DNA of 64,000 bases from Octopus vulgaris. Lineage: Eukaryota. Positions 29,241-42,682 of this stretch are shown here, piece by piece; positions within the stretch are counted from its first letter, which is position 1; each line of letters starts with the position of its first letter. A program made the translations under genes and the position numbers. The stretch spans positions 17,670,001 through 17,734,000 of the forward strand of contig OX597830.1 of NCBI GenBank assembly GCA_951406725.2, given 5' to 3'. The notes beneath the pieces were generated by a model, which was given only the letters and a program-made list of their open reading frames with translations, was not told the origin of the DNA and ran no database searches.

Positions 29241-29468
29241 TATATATATACATGTACATATATATATATATGCGTGTGTGTATACATACACATACGTATA
29301 TATAGATATATACATGTATTTGGATGGATATATGCGTGTGTGTGTGCGTTGCGTACGTTGTGAGTGTGTGTACATGTATGCGTGCCCGTGTGTATGTGTG
29401 GAATTCTCAAAAAAGGAAAGATGAGTTAAATTGATCAGCATCACAGGAGCTATTTATTCTTCACTCTG

Positions 29469-29508
<40 letters not shown>

Positions 29509-30752
29509 TTTTTTGGGGGGAAACTACTTCGCTGTTATATTTTAGAAGCATAATTTTTTTTCCAAAAATTTAAAATAGATTTTAATTTCTTCGTGCATAT
29601 GTGTGCATATGTGTGTATGCACGTGTGTATGCATATGTACCGCGCTTTTTTTCAGTCCTACTTTCACACACACACACAACACACACACACACATATTCAT
29701 ACAAACGTACCTGTAAATATGTGCATAACCATATACACACACACACATACCATTACACACGCACGTACGTACACGCACTGACATACACATTCACAGGCGT
29801 ATGCACCAAGGTACTACATGTAGATGCATATACTAAAGAAATTAATTGCGATACCAATTCGTATGTAGCAATATCTTTTATTAGATTTAACCTGTATTAA
29901 GAACAGAACGCATTCCATGATAAATAAAAATATATAAATAAACGTAATTTTGTAATTTCCACATATAGCAACATATAAAATATCTTTATTTTATAACAAA
30001 TTGATTTCATAAACGAGCTTTGATTGCCGTTTGAAGTTTATTCATTCTATTTATGCTGCGAATGCGCCTTGGGAAAGATATACACGTTCCTAAATTTCTG
30101 ACCCTGATGAGCGGTGAGTTGCAAAGACGGTTGTAAAGGTGAGGGACATGCTGCCGTCTAGTATTTCGCTATTTTACATTTTACGTCGTTTCAATACCCT
30201 GAAACTCGAGTCCGTGTGTATCATAAGTTGAAGACGGGAAGGATGGCTTCCCTTTGCAAATACTGATAGGTCACAGAAAGTGTGTCTATAGCCAGCTGGT
30301 GGAGGTGTCCTCCTGGGGCTACAAACTACAGTAGCATCCACCCTTAGGGGTTAGCTATATTCAAATGGCAAATATACGTCACGATGTGTTGCTGCTACTG
30401 TTTATAACTCGCTCTGAGATTTATCATAGTTTTAGTTATATGGCTTTGTGATTATTATGCAGTAATCACGTTTAGTAGAGAAGATGATAATTATAAAAGT
30501 AATATCGTACCTACTAGTTTCCGTTAATGAACAGAGAGAGTTCAGAAAAGTAGCGATAACTACAATACTGATTATGCAGTAAAGTGTAAGCATCATGGAA
30601 AGATGCGATGCAAGATGAACTTTGTCCAAACTGCTTACCATTGTATTGTAACTGTCTGAATTTCTTAGGTTGTAAATCGTATGCTATTGTCTGTAGATGT
30701 TAGGTTGGACTGCAGTAAATTTAGTAAGTGTTAATATGTCTAAACACCTTTT

Positions 30753-31185
30753 AAGGCAGTGAGCTGGCAGAATCGTTAGTACACCGGGCGAAATGCTTTG
30801 CAGTATTTCGTCTGCCATTACGTTCTGAGTTCAAATTCCGCCGAGGTCGACTTTGCCTTTCATCCTTTCGGGGTCGATAAATTAAGTACCAGTTACGCAC
30901 TGGGGTCGATGTAATTGACTTAATCCTTTTGTCTGTCCTTGTTTGTCTCCTCCTATGTTTAGCCCCTTGTGGGCAATAAAGAAATAAGAATCGTTAGTAC
31001 ACCGGGCAAAATGCTTAGCGTTATTTCGTCCGTCTTCACATTCTGAGCTCAAATTTCGCCAAGCTCCGCTTTGCTTTCATCGTTTCGGGGACGATAAAAT
31101 AAGTACCCGTGAGTACTGGGGTCAATGTGATCGACTGACTCCTTCCCGCGAAACTGCTGGTCTTATGCCAAAATTTGAAATCAGT
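30753..31185 (+). mobile_element. SINE family B dimer
   Basis: Two linked units; flanking direct repeat TCTAAACAC(C)TTTAAGGC. Confidence 0.85.
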
Positions 31186-31200
31186 ATATCTAAACACTTT

Positions 31201-31410
31201 AAGGCGGCGAGCTGACCTTATCGTAAGCGCGCTGGGCAAAATGCTTAGTGGCGTATCGTTCGTCTTTACTTTCTGGTCTCGAATACTATCGAGTTCCACT
31301 TTGCTTTTCATCCTTTCAGGGTCGATAAAATAAGTACTAGTTGAGCACTGGGGTCGATTTAATTGGCTTAGCCCCTCTCCCAAAATTGCTTGTCATGTGC
31401 TAAAATTTGT
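31201..31410 (+). mobile_element. SINE family B
   Basis: AAGGCGGCGAGCTG head and core. Confidence 0.8.
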
Positions 31411-31898
31411 GTTGTCCACGAGTTAGATGCATTTTGGTCGACGCCCAATAGAGTAAATCTAAAGCTTGGCGTTCTCAAACTAATACGTGAAGTTATTCCA
31501 GTAAAAATACAAAGGTTACTGGGGTTGTAATATGTAGTGAAGAAAAGTATTTATTGCTTCAATATAGTTTCTCTATTTATAATAAGCTTTTAACGTTGGT
31601 CCCGTGTGTTAGAAACTAAGTAAATTGTAAAACGTAACGTGATTGTAGCTAATGTACCAAGAAGAGACTTGCTTTGATGCTAAGCTTGGCCATAAGGACA
31701 TCTTTCGCAGTTTTGAATCCACACTCGTACATCTTAACACATGGTTACACAAAATTCGAAGCAATTTCTGGGTAACTTCAATTTGTGAGTGCAATAAATA
31801 ATATGGCATACCAAAAACTGCTTGACAGTAACCTTTCTTATCAATGGTTATGTATGTGAGATCAGTGGAGGGGCTGAGTGTGTGGAATTAACTTCCTA

Positions 31899-32200
31899 GG
31901 AGGCACATGACCTAGTGGTTAGAGCAGCGGACTCATGATCGAGGGATCGAGGGTTCGAATCTCAGACAGGGCGATGTGTGTGCTTATGAGCGAAAACACC
32001 TAAGCTCCACGCAGCTCCGGCAGAAGGTAATGGCGAACTTCTGCTGACTCTTTCGCCACAACTTTCTCTCATTCTTTCCTCCTGCATCTAGCAGCTCACC
32101 TGCGACGGACCGGCGTCCCGTCCAGGTGGAGAACCTATACGCCAAGAAACTGGTAAACCGGCCCTTATGAGCCAGGCGTGGCTCGAGAAGTAACAAACAA
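31899..32200 (+). mobile_element. SINE family D variant
   Basis: Head GGAGGCACATGACCTAGTGG; TSD-like AATTAACTTCCT on both sides. Confidence 0.9.
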
Positions 32201-32690
32201 TTAACTTCCTCAGTCATGAAAACGTGTCGGCTACTCCAGAGTCTTGGTGGATATGTGACTGATGTGTGAAATAAACAGATACAATTTGTCAAAGTACCTC
32301 TATTTCAGTGTGCATATAATGTGCGTAGAAAATAAACTCCTTGCCTTCCAAACACCGAGGAAAAAATCTTGGTGACTGGTATATAGTCAGTAGCTCTAAA
32401 TGCATAAAACTGCCTCCAGGTCATGTTGATTCTTACGATAGTTATTGCAACACTTTGCCGATTGTGGTATATACAATGAAATCATCAGACTAATGTACTA
32501 ACATAGCGGGTACAGCCACATTATTCCTAATGCACCATAGAGCAGACCCACACTCATCAGTCCTCTGCTAGAGATTTACTCGAATACTCGGTGTGTTTCC
32601 AAAGTAAACTTGTGAGGGAGTGAATGCAGTTCCTCCGTATGAAAGTAAACATCGATAAAATATCACTACGCTTAGAAATTGTTTCAGTTA

Positions 32691-32852
32691 GGCGCAGGAC
32701 TTGCTGTGTGGTAAGTAGCTTGCTAACCAGCCACATGGTTCCGGGTTCAGCCCCACTGCGTGGCATCTTGGGCAAGTGTCTTCTGCTATAACCCCGGGTC
32801 GACCAATGCCTTGTGAGTGGATTTGGTAGACAGAAACTGAAAGAAGCCTGTC

Positions 32853-32898
<46 letters not shown>

Positions 32899-33120
32899 GT
32901 GTATGTGTGTGCGTGTTTGTCCCCCTAGCATTGCTTGACAACCGATGCTGGTGTGTTTACGTCTCCGTCACTTAGTGGTTCGCCAAAAGAGACCGATAGA
33001 ATAAGTACTGGGCTTACAAAGAATAAGTCCCGGGGTCGATTTGCTCGACTAAAGGCGGTCCTCCAGCATGGCCGCAGTCAAATGACTGAAACAAGTAAAA
33101 GAGTAAAAGAGAGTAAGAGT
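32691..33120 (+). mobile_element. SINE family A, full length
   Basis: Nearly identical to 1-360. Confidence 0.9.
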
Positions 33121-33781
33121 TATCGAACAGTGATGCAGAAGATTGTTTATAATTTCAGATTTCAATTCATTGTAACCGTCTTTGCCGGAAAAGATATGAG
33201 TAAGTTACTCGTTTCTTGAGCTAATTCAGGCGGTATTAAAACAACCACGCAGGCTCGTGAAATGATATCACAGTTGATAAATTGTACTTCTATTTGAGCT
33301 AACCAATTTTAGGTATATCGTGTATAGTTATGATGCATTAATGACGATCAGTAAATAAGACGATAATTCCTAAACGAATACCACACTCAATAGATCCTGT
33401 TAATTATGAGAGACAGGTGAAGAGAAGAAGACAGAGAGAGCTAGAAAATATCATTTTCTAATTTTCCACCATGTTGATCAGACAATAAAGCGTTGATATC
33501 GGATAGTAAACGACATGACGTATGATAAACTTCTTACACTTGTGTCCAATCTTCTCACCCTCATATCCAACTATCTACGGTGCTTAGGTTGTAATAAAGC
33601 AGTATTCAAGACTTAATCTACATACAGCAGTATGAATTGTTCGCTAATGAGTTGCTTCGCAGCTGATGGACAAAAGTAGATCTAATGCTAGACGTCCCAA
33701 AAATAATGCGTGAAGTTCTTCAATAGTTGTGGTGTGCTTATATACATATATACATCAAGTGACTATTTTCACAAGAGTCAT

Positions 33782-33825
<44 letters not shown>

Positions 33826-33842
33826 CTGTGTATGTATGTGTT

Positions 33843-33921
<79 letters not shown>

Positions 33922-34128
33922 GGCAAAAAGAGAAGCAAAGTTTTGGAGGTTAAAGTAAGTAATTGGGTGAAATTATTACATTATTAGTATTCAGTTTCAG
34001 CTTATTAAGTACACGGGATGGGAGAATACATTATCAACATGCACACTATTTGAATTGCAAGTGCAGAGGGAGGTATCTTAAAACTACAAGATATTTAGTC
34101 GAGTACTATACTATTTGGGGCATTTCAT

Positions 34129-34192
<64 letters not shown>

Positions 34193-34263
34193 TAGATGTA
34201 TATGCATATTTATGCAAATAAGTATGAATATATTTTATATGCATACGCACATATATATATAAG

Positions 34264-34375
<112 letters not shown>

Positions 34376-34404
34376 TGTATACATTAAGCATATATCTCAT
34401 AATG

Positions 34405-35655
34405 TATACTAATGCTGTGTGCGAGACGTATTTGAGGCCATATCTGGAAAATTCATAAAACATCTGTAATCTAATAAAATCTAAATATATTTTAGTAAAA
34501 ATTAATTTTGACGTAAAGTTTTCTTATAAGATTATTCTGTGAATCTGCCTCCAGCTTCGATGACTGTTCCAATGCGGGACCGAAATAGTTGTTCAATAAA
34601 TCCTCCTTATTCATTTTGGAAATCACTTGGACAATGCCGGCATTCATTGGGGCTATTGTGTTGTGATGTCGATTAATCTCATTTTCAGCAACGCTTCGGA
34701 CATTGTAGTCCATGGAATTTAAATCTGGCAAATTCGGAGGCCAAATACTTGGTGTTATATGATCGTAAAAATTGTTTGACATCTAGCGTTGAGTTACGTG
34801 GGTTTCGTGAGAAAATGTTGAATCTTGTTGAAACATGTATCGTCTTCCACTGCATACTTCATCCATCCAGAGCTTAGTAACTGTTTCCAACACTTCTATC
34901 GTTAATTCAAATAACCTATGGAAAAATGTGAAGTGACAGGACGTTCGTCACTCCAAATCCTTAAAGCTATCACAATTGTTGGAAAGTTAGTCTGCATTAC
35001 TCTGGAGACATCAGTAGGACCTGAATATAGCTGTCTATCGTTTCTACTCTTAGGTGTTTGATCATGGTTGAATTTCTTCCATTAGAGAGGAACCAAAGCA
35101 TGTGATATTCGTGTTTATAATCACGTTAGGCAAGTGTCACGAATCAGATGGTTCTCCTGCGTCTTCACAGATCTGAATTAGTCTCTCCGCAGTCCATACG
35201 AATGTTCTCATGTACCAGTGTTCTGATTGTCCACTTCGATACCTGAAACTCTTTGGCGATGGGCATCATTGATTTTTCCGAGATCATTATCGATACTGAT
35301 TTGAATCCGTTGGCTTAATTGCGGTATCCATGTAGAGTCTCAACGTATAAAATGCTATTTTTTTTTCTCTTTGATACTGTTGAAACATTCTCGTCAAAGG
35401 CTTCCCGTTCCATGGGAACTATGTGTACAGAAGATCTTGCAGCATTTAGAAAGTTGGCATTTGTTAAATCGATGTCTTCCTCACATATAGTAACAGCGAC
35501 TACGTGTTTTTTGTTTTGTTTTGTTTATTCATTTCTAATGTTAGTATTTTATTTTCTATGGAAGATCTGAAAGAAATAAAAACCATTTAATTGGTTTGAA
35601 GTGAGTAATATACTGGTAATTAAATGTCCTCAGATACCCCTAACACATTGTGTAT
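34405..35655 (-). mobile_element. Decayed Tc1/mariner-superfamily transposon of about 1.25 kb
   Basis: YMFQQDS and FYDHITPSIWPPNLPDLNSMDYNV motifs; residual terminal inverted repeat (TIR) similarity GTAT(T/C)TGAGG(C/A)CAT at both ends. Confidence 0.75.
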
Positions 35656-35665
35656 GCTATATATA

Positions 35666-35725
<60 letters not shown>

Positions 35726-36156
35726 TAGATATAGATATATAAATATATATATATATGTATATATAAATATTTTATATACGAGTGTGTGTTTATATAATCA
35801 TGAACTAAAATGCTATTCTATTATATATATATTATAATACATTTATCTTATTAATTATAAACAGACTTTTTAAAAACTTGTACATAGAAGAAAAATAACA
35901 GAAGAAAAAGAAATGAGAAGAGATTTGGAAACAAAAAAGGAAAGAAGTAAAAAAGGAAGAGAGAAGAGGAAAATATTGCGTTGAACCAATTCCAGGATGG
36001 CTGATGAAAATAAACTTCCATGTTTTCAAATATATGACAATATTGCGTTCATTTCGGATAATTCAGTATTTAAAAGCTTCTTAATTATGTCTTGAAAGCA
36101 ATGTCTGTAATCTGGTTGGAAAACGTTAGAGAAATACACCCAAGCAAATTCAAATA

Positions 36157-36328
<172 letters not shown>

Positions 36329-36381
36329 TATATGTATACATATACATATATACATATATATACACATATATATATACATGT

Positions 36382-36413
<32 letters not shown>

Positions 36414-36504
36414 GCATACATACATATATATATATTTATATATATGTATATATATATATGTATGTATATATATATGTGTATGTATATATATGTGTGTGTG
36501 CATG

Positions 36505-36535
<31 letters not shown>

Positions 36536-36911
36536 TTATTTATATATACTAAGCTACACACTAACATATCTGCATACACATTCATGTGCGTAAAGATGCA
36601 AAAACGCAGATATCCATAAACAAACATTTCTAATTCGGCCTGTCTCTCTCGCTCCGTCTCTCCCCTTCTCTCTCTCTATGTATATGTATGCATATACACA
36701 TACTATACTTATTTATGCATACATACATACATACATACATACATACATGTAGATGTATATATATATATATATATGTGTATATATATATATCTTTCCTTCC
36801 CTTTCTGTTCTTTGCCTCTCTAGAAAGCCCTTCAGCCTTTAAAAGTTAAATAGCTACAGTATCTTGAAAATAGCAGTAATGTGATTAATGTGGCAAATAC
36901 CTAATCATATA

Positions 36912-37205
36912 GCAAGAATTGATACCTACCTCATTGTGTTCAACCATTGATAAATTTATCGTCTGTGAATATGAAATTCCTCTTCATTTCTCTGGAAATT
37001 TACATCTACACCATTGGAAATTGTGCATCTATACAAAGGATTAATTCACCCTCTCTGTAATGCTAATAAGCAGGAATTGAGACCCACCTCGTTGTGATCA
37101 GCCATGGATAAATTTGTCGTCTGTGAGTATGTAATCCCTCCTCATATCTCTGGAAGTTCATATGTACACTATGGATTAAGTCACCTTCTCTGTGATGCTA
37201 TTAAA
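36912..37205. repeat. Diverged tandem duplication, period about 158 bp
   Basis: GCA(A/G)GAATTGA.ACC.ACCTC..GATAAATTT.TCGTCTGTGA.TATG..TCTCTGT.ATGCTA present twice. Confidence 0.8.
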
Positions 37206-37588
37206 ACTTTTTTAAAAATCTGTGATAAGACTGTACATCATCTTTAAAGAACTTTAATGAACTTTGGAAATCTGTTTATGTTACTTAATTATCTACATTA
37301 CTTCATGAGTATAGCCTCAACCACTAAGATGTCTAGAGAACTCACATGTATTTTAGCTGATGAGTACGGGACACGTTTATATGCTGCAATTTTTGCAACT
37401 TTTAATAAAGCCTGTCTTTGTATGAAACGATTGTACTAAAAACTTATCCATTCTTGTTGCTTCTTTCTCGCTTATAATCACCCCACATTACTGTATTGTT
37501 AAAACCGTATAGTTTTTTGGTGCATCTAAGTTAGGTACCATATTCAAGTAAATTCATTAAAATTGACTTGAATCTTTATTGCTTTTTG

Positions 37589-37633
<45 letters not shown>

Positions 37634-38132
37634 GTATGTATATATATATGTGTGTGTGTATATGTATATATGTATGTATGTATAGGTAAATAGAACAAAC
37701 TATTAACAGTTGCTAGACATGAAGTCAATTTATAGAATATTTATGTTATGTCATATGGAGGAGAGAACAAAGATGTATAAATATAGCAGGAAGAAAGGAA
37801 GATCTAAAGCGTGAAAGTTCATAGTGATGCAGAGTAGACGGGTAGAGTCCAGGATCAATTCGCGAGGTCCTAAGTGTTGATATGACCTAGATAGATAAGT
37901 AATAGTCACGAGATCACTGGTGAAAAATTTGCAAGTCTGGATAGAAAGGTATAACTTGTACTTTACAGCTGTTTCGGGAATAAGTGCATATCAGAGGCAG
38001 ATCTGTGCATTTTCCCTACATACATAAAAACATTAGGTGTATTAGTATAAATCACTATATATGAAGCAGTACAGTTTGTAGTATGCGATTCATCCCATAT
38101 ATACATGTATGTATGTGTGTATAGACATACAT

Positions 38133-38187
<55 letters not shown>

Positions 38188-39299
38188 GCATGTGCGTAGT
38201 ATTATGAACAAAGTAGAGTTTGCTCAAAACGTCAGGAAGGTAAATATTTATAATTATATTAAAATTAATGTTCCATTACTGCCGAGATTAGCTAATTGTC
38301 AAATATTATTCCAGATGATATCGGATGATATACAATATGTTTCCAGAACTAGACTTTTTCTTTCTTTGGAGTTAAGCCGTTCAGGATGATACGCTGTAAA
38401 CGTCGGGTTCGCCTAATTATTAATATCCAATATTAAATCAACATAGAAATATATCCAATACGAACGGCTTTCTGTTGGCGATTCGTACCACGTTGTCAAT
38501 GCATTGTAAACTCCCATTCATTGTATTTCTTTATCAATTTATGTATGACATATGGTGCGATAATTCATTGATTGATATGACAATTCTCAACATATTACTC
38601 TTTCAATTTCCTAACACAACTGGAGAAAGTTGAAGCATTCTTTTCTTTTTCTCTCTTGTCTAGTTATCTTCAGTAACAATGCAGATCAATATAACCTGTT
38701 TTTGTAGAATGTGATTGAGGTTTTAATCTCAGATCTTAAATGATGGCGATAGTTAAGCACTTTGTGTCTGCCAATTCAACAATTAATATTTGCCCCCAAA
38801 GGATTACACAAGCTAAACATCTTCCACCAAAATTTTTATATCATAAGAGTGTCAGTAATTTTGGAACGGCTGATTATATATAAATGCGTGTGTGTATTGT
38901 GTGCGTGTGTGTAATGGCTTTTACTGCTTCATTTGATTTCATACCATTACTATTGCATACCATAAACTAATAATATTTCTTCCATTTTACTTCTATGAAG
39001 CGAATCGAAGGCTTTCGAGAAACCAATGAATAACAAAACAGCATTTAGAATCTTAGCTTCCACACCAAGAATTCTATAAACGGTTAAGATTTGACCGGTT
39101 GTTGATCATCCTTTTCGAATTCCATTTAGATTTTTCTATCAATACCTTTTTGATTTCTGGACCTATGTAGTTAAGAAGCATAGAGCTATGAATTTTTTCA
39201 GGAGTCAATTCCATATCGTCATCGTTTTCTTGGATTACGTTCTCAGAACTTCCGACGACACCATTTAAAGCAATGGTTTTGCACCAAAATCCCGACGGG

Positions 39300-39993
39300 A
39301 TAATAGATATCATTCCACAAAAATCACAGATGCAGTTTATGCTGAGGATTTTGATGCAACTTTTCGATCAAAGCCGCGCAGAAACCTTTCTCCATAGTTT
39401 TGAACATGCAGTCAAAAGTATCGGTCTCTATATTAACTCAGACAAAATAGAATACCTGAACATAAATCAAAATGGAATAATCAAAAGAATATCTGGCACA
39501 CCTCTCAACTATGTGGAAGAATTTACTTATCTGGGTTGTAAAATCTCTAGCTGCGACAGCGATGTAAACACTTGCATTGATAAAACCTGAGGTACCGTCG
39601 ACAAGTTATCTCTAGTGTTGAAATCTAGACTCCAAAACATGAAATAGAGCCACTTTCACGCAGCAGCTGTTACCGCTGTTCTATTGTATGGCTGCTCAGC
39701 ATGGAGCCTTAACTCGAAACTGGTGAGAAGATTGTTTGGAGCCTACATTCATATGCTAAGAGTGGCTTTGAATACCTCCTGGAGAGATCGTCTGACCAAT
39801 GATCGATTGTATGATAAAACCTTTGTCCAGTATCAGACATAATCGAAGAGCGTAGAATCACATTCGTAGCGAGAACTGGAGAGCTGAAGACGAAATGGCG
39901 AATGAACCGAGACCTATATCAAGCAAATTTATGACGACATAAACTGCAATCCCTCACGAATCACGGGAAGCCGTGCAAGCAACCCGACCGGAT
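39300..39993 (+). mobile_element. Decayed RTE-clade LINE 3' fragment
   Basis: ITDAVYAED (YADD-like), IGLYINSDKIEY, VEEFTYLG, VLLYGCSAWSL. Confidence 0.8.
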
Positions 39994-40236
39994 TGTATAT
40001 ATATATATAATAAGAAATATTGAATTTCTAAATCTCTCGTAGAGACATGTACGGTGGTGGGGCGATAGAATGGTTGTATACTGTCAATCTAACAAGAACG
40101 TGACAGTAGGGGTACACCACCGTTGTATAGCCCTAGGAGGTATCGAACGCCTCCTGACAGCTTCGACACATTTTTTCCTGTGTCCTTATATACATATACG
40201 AAGGGGAGACAAACACCCCCAACCGCCGGAACTGCA

Positions 40237-40282
40237 TCTAGGGACACCGTGTTTCAGGATCATTGCCCTTCATCGGCCTAGA
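40237..40282 (-). ncRNA. Type I hammerhead ribozyme motif (CCGAUGA core)
   Basis: TCTAGG CCGATGA AGGG CAATGA TCCT GAA ACACGGTGT C CCTAGA. Confidence 0.75.
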
Positions 40283-40595
40283 GTAGCAGACACCGGTTGG
40301 CTGGTGATATTTGCCTTGACTTCGTATCTGTATATATGTAAACTCAGTGAAGTTTATTCACTGATTATCAAAATAAGAAATATTGAATTTCTAAATCTCT
40401 CGTAGAGACATGTACGGTGGTGGGGCGATAGAATGGTTGTATACTGTCAATCTAACAAGAACGTGACAGTCTCTACGAGAGATTTAGAAATTCAATATTT
40501 CTTATTTTGATAATCAGTGAATAAACTTCACTGAGTTTACATGTATACAGATACGAAGTCAAGGCAAATATCACCAGCCGACCGGTGTCTGCTAC

Positions 40596-40641
40596 TCTAG
40601 GCCGATGAAGGACAATGATCCTGAAACACGGTGTCCCTAGA
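40596..40641 (+). ncRNA. Type I hammerhead ribozyme motif (CCGAUGA core)
   Basis: TCTAGG CCGATGA AGGA CAATGA TCCT GAA ACACGGTGT C CCTAGA; predicted cleavage after C40635 (GUC). Confidence 0.8.
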
Positions 40642-40806
40642 TGCAGTTCCGGCGGTTGGAGGTGTTTGTCTCCCCTTCGTATATGTATATAAGGACACAG
40701 GAAAAAATGTGTCGAAGCTGTCAGGAGGCGTTCGATGCCTCCTAGGGCTATACAACGGTGGTGTACCCCCTACTGTCACGTTCTTGTTAGATTGACAGTA
40801 TACAAC

Positions 40807-40846
<40 letters not shown>

Positions 40847-40875
40847 ATACATAAACACACACAGACATGCATAAA

Positions 40876-40938
<63 letters not shown>

Positions 40939-41197
40939 GTATACATGTATACGGGATGCCTGAAGGAAACATCTTAGGTTAGCGTGAAGCATATTGAATG
41001 TGTACATAGTGGGTACACATAAATGTGATACATTCTGTTTAAACGACTCAATAAACCAAGATTATCAAGGCATTGGTCGACCTGAGACAAAACCCAGACC
41101 CGCGTGTCTGCAAAGTGAGCTTTTTAACTGCTTGACTGCACTACATGTAAGGGAGTAGTAAAATACAGAACATGTAAGGGAGTAGTAATATACAGAA

Positions 41198-41782
41198 GGC
41201 GGTGAGCTGGCAGAAACGTTAGTACACCGGGCGAAATACGTAGCCGTATTTCGTCTGTCATTACGTTCTGAGTTCAAATTCCGCCGAGGTCAACTTTGCC
41301 TTCCATCCTTTCGATTAAATAACTACCAGTTACGCACTGGGGTCGATATAATCGAGTTAATCCGTTTGTCTGTCCTTGTTTGTCCTCTCTGTGTTTAGCC
41401 CCTTGTGGGTAGTAAAGAAATAGGTATTTCGTCTGCCGCTACGTTCTGAGTTCAAATTCCGCCTAGGTAGACTTTGCCTTTCATCCGTTCGGGTTCAATA
41501 AATTAAGTACCAGTTACGCACTGGGGTCGATATAATCAACTTAATCCGTTTATCTGTCCTTGTTTGTCCTCTCTGTGTTTAGCCCCTTGTGGGGAGTAAA
41601 GAAATAGGTAATTCAACTGTCTTTACGTTCTGAGTTCAAATTCCGGCGAGGTCGACTTTGCCTTTCATCCTTTCGGGGTCGATAAATTAAGTACCAGTTA
41701 TGCACTGGGGTCGATGTAATCGACTTAATCTGTCCTTGTTTGTCCCCTACATGTTTAGCCCCTTGTGGGCAATAAAGAAACA
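41198..41782 (+). mobile_element. SINE family B: one head plus three tandem bodies inside one TSD
   Basis: TSD AGTAATATACAGAA at 41184-41197 and 41783-41796. Confidence 0.9.
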
Positions 41783-41958
41783 AGTAATATACAGAACAGT
41801 GCAATGAAACATTTGCTTCAGCCGGTTTGTTGTCCAGTAACTTGGACAGTCCGAGCTTTCTCCCTCCGCAAGAAATCAATAGCCACATTGTACCATCCAA
41901 TAGTCACAATATAACTGGTATACTACTTTTGTATTGCGTTCTCTCTTTCTTTGGAGTA

Positions 41959-42123
41959 TAGTAATCTCTCGACTGACGCGGGTTTTACGTTCCAAAACCT
42001 CCCACAGAAATAATTAAAATCTAAGAAGATATAAATACCTATCGGCCGTAGAAATCCGCGATAGGTGAAAAGCGATGTACTGAGTACACGATAGGTGAAC
42101 CGCGATATGGCGAGGGATTACTA
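41959..42123. mobile_element. pogo/Tigger-like MITE
   Basis: TIRs TAGTAATC(T/C)CTCG / CGAGGGATTACTA with flanking TA. Confidence 0.7.
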
Positions 42124-42366
42124 TATATATCTATAGCCATATCTATAAATGTGTCCGTGCTTGTGCATGCGCGAGAATGTGCGTGTATATGCGTATGTGT
42201 GTATGTAGGTGTGTGTGTGTGTGTGTGTATGTATGAGTGTGTGTATGTGTATGAAAACATGAAGTGAAGGAAATGCTTAAAGTTAAAGCGAGCTAGATAG
42301 AAACATATGTAGATGTGAAGATTAACAGCTAAATTTAGAAAGCGTTTCAAAAGACTGAACAGACAA

Positions 42367-42408
<42 letters not shown>

Positions 42409-42421
42409 GGTTAGATAGACA

Positions 42422-42552
<131 letters not shown>

Positions 42553-42622
42553 TAGGTAGGTAGATAGATACGTGTATATATGTGTGTGTGTATAGATAGA
42601 TAGATAGTTAGATAGATATTTG

Positions 42623-42682
<60 letters not shown>

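Larger units (their letters stand above)
40009..40812. mobile_element. Retrozyme-like element: 363-bp unit in tandem (about 1.27 copies, minus) fused to an inverted copy (plus), flanked by (TA)n
   Basis: AATAAGAAATATTGAATTTC at 40009 and 40372; 40469-40812 is the reverse complement of about 40067-40409. Confidence 0.85.

Noticed and set aside
30100-30132. CTGATGAG as a hammerhead core
   Set aside because: AAAG in place of GAAA and no stem III or NUH site
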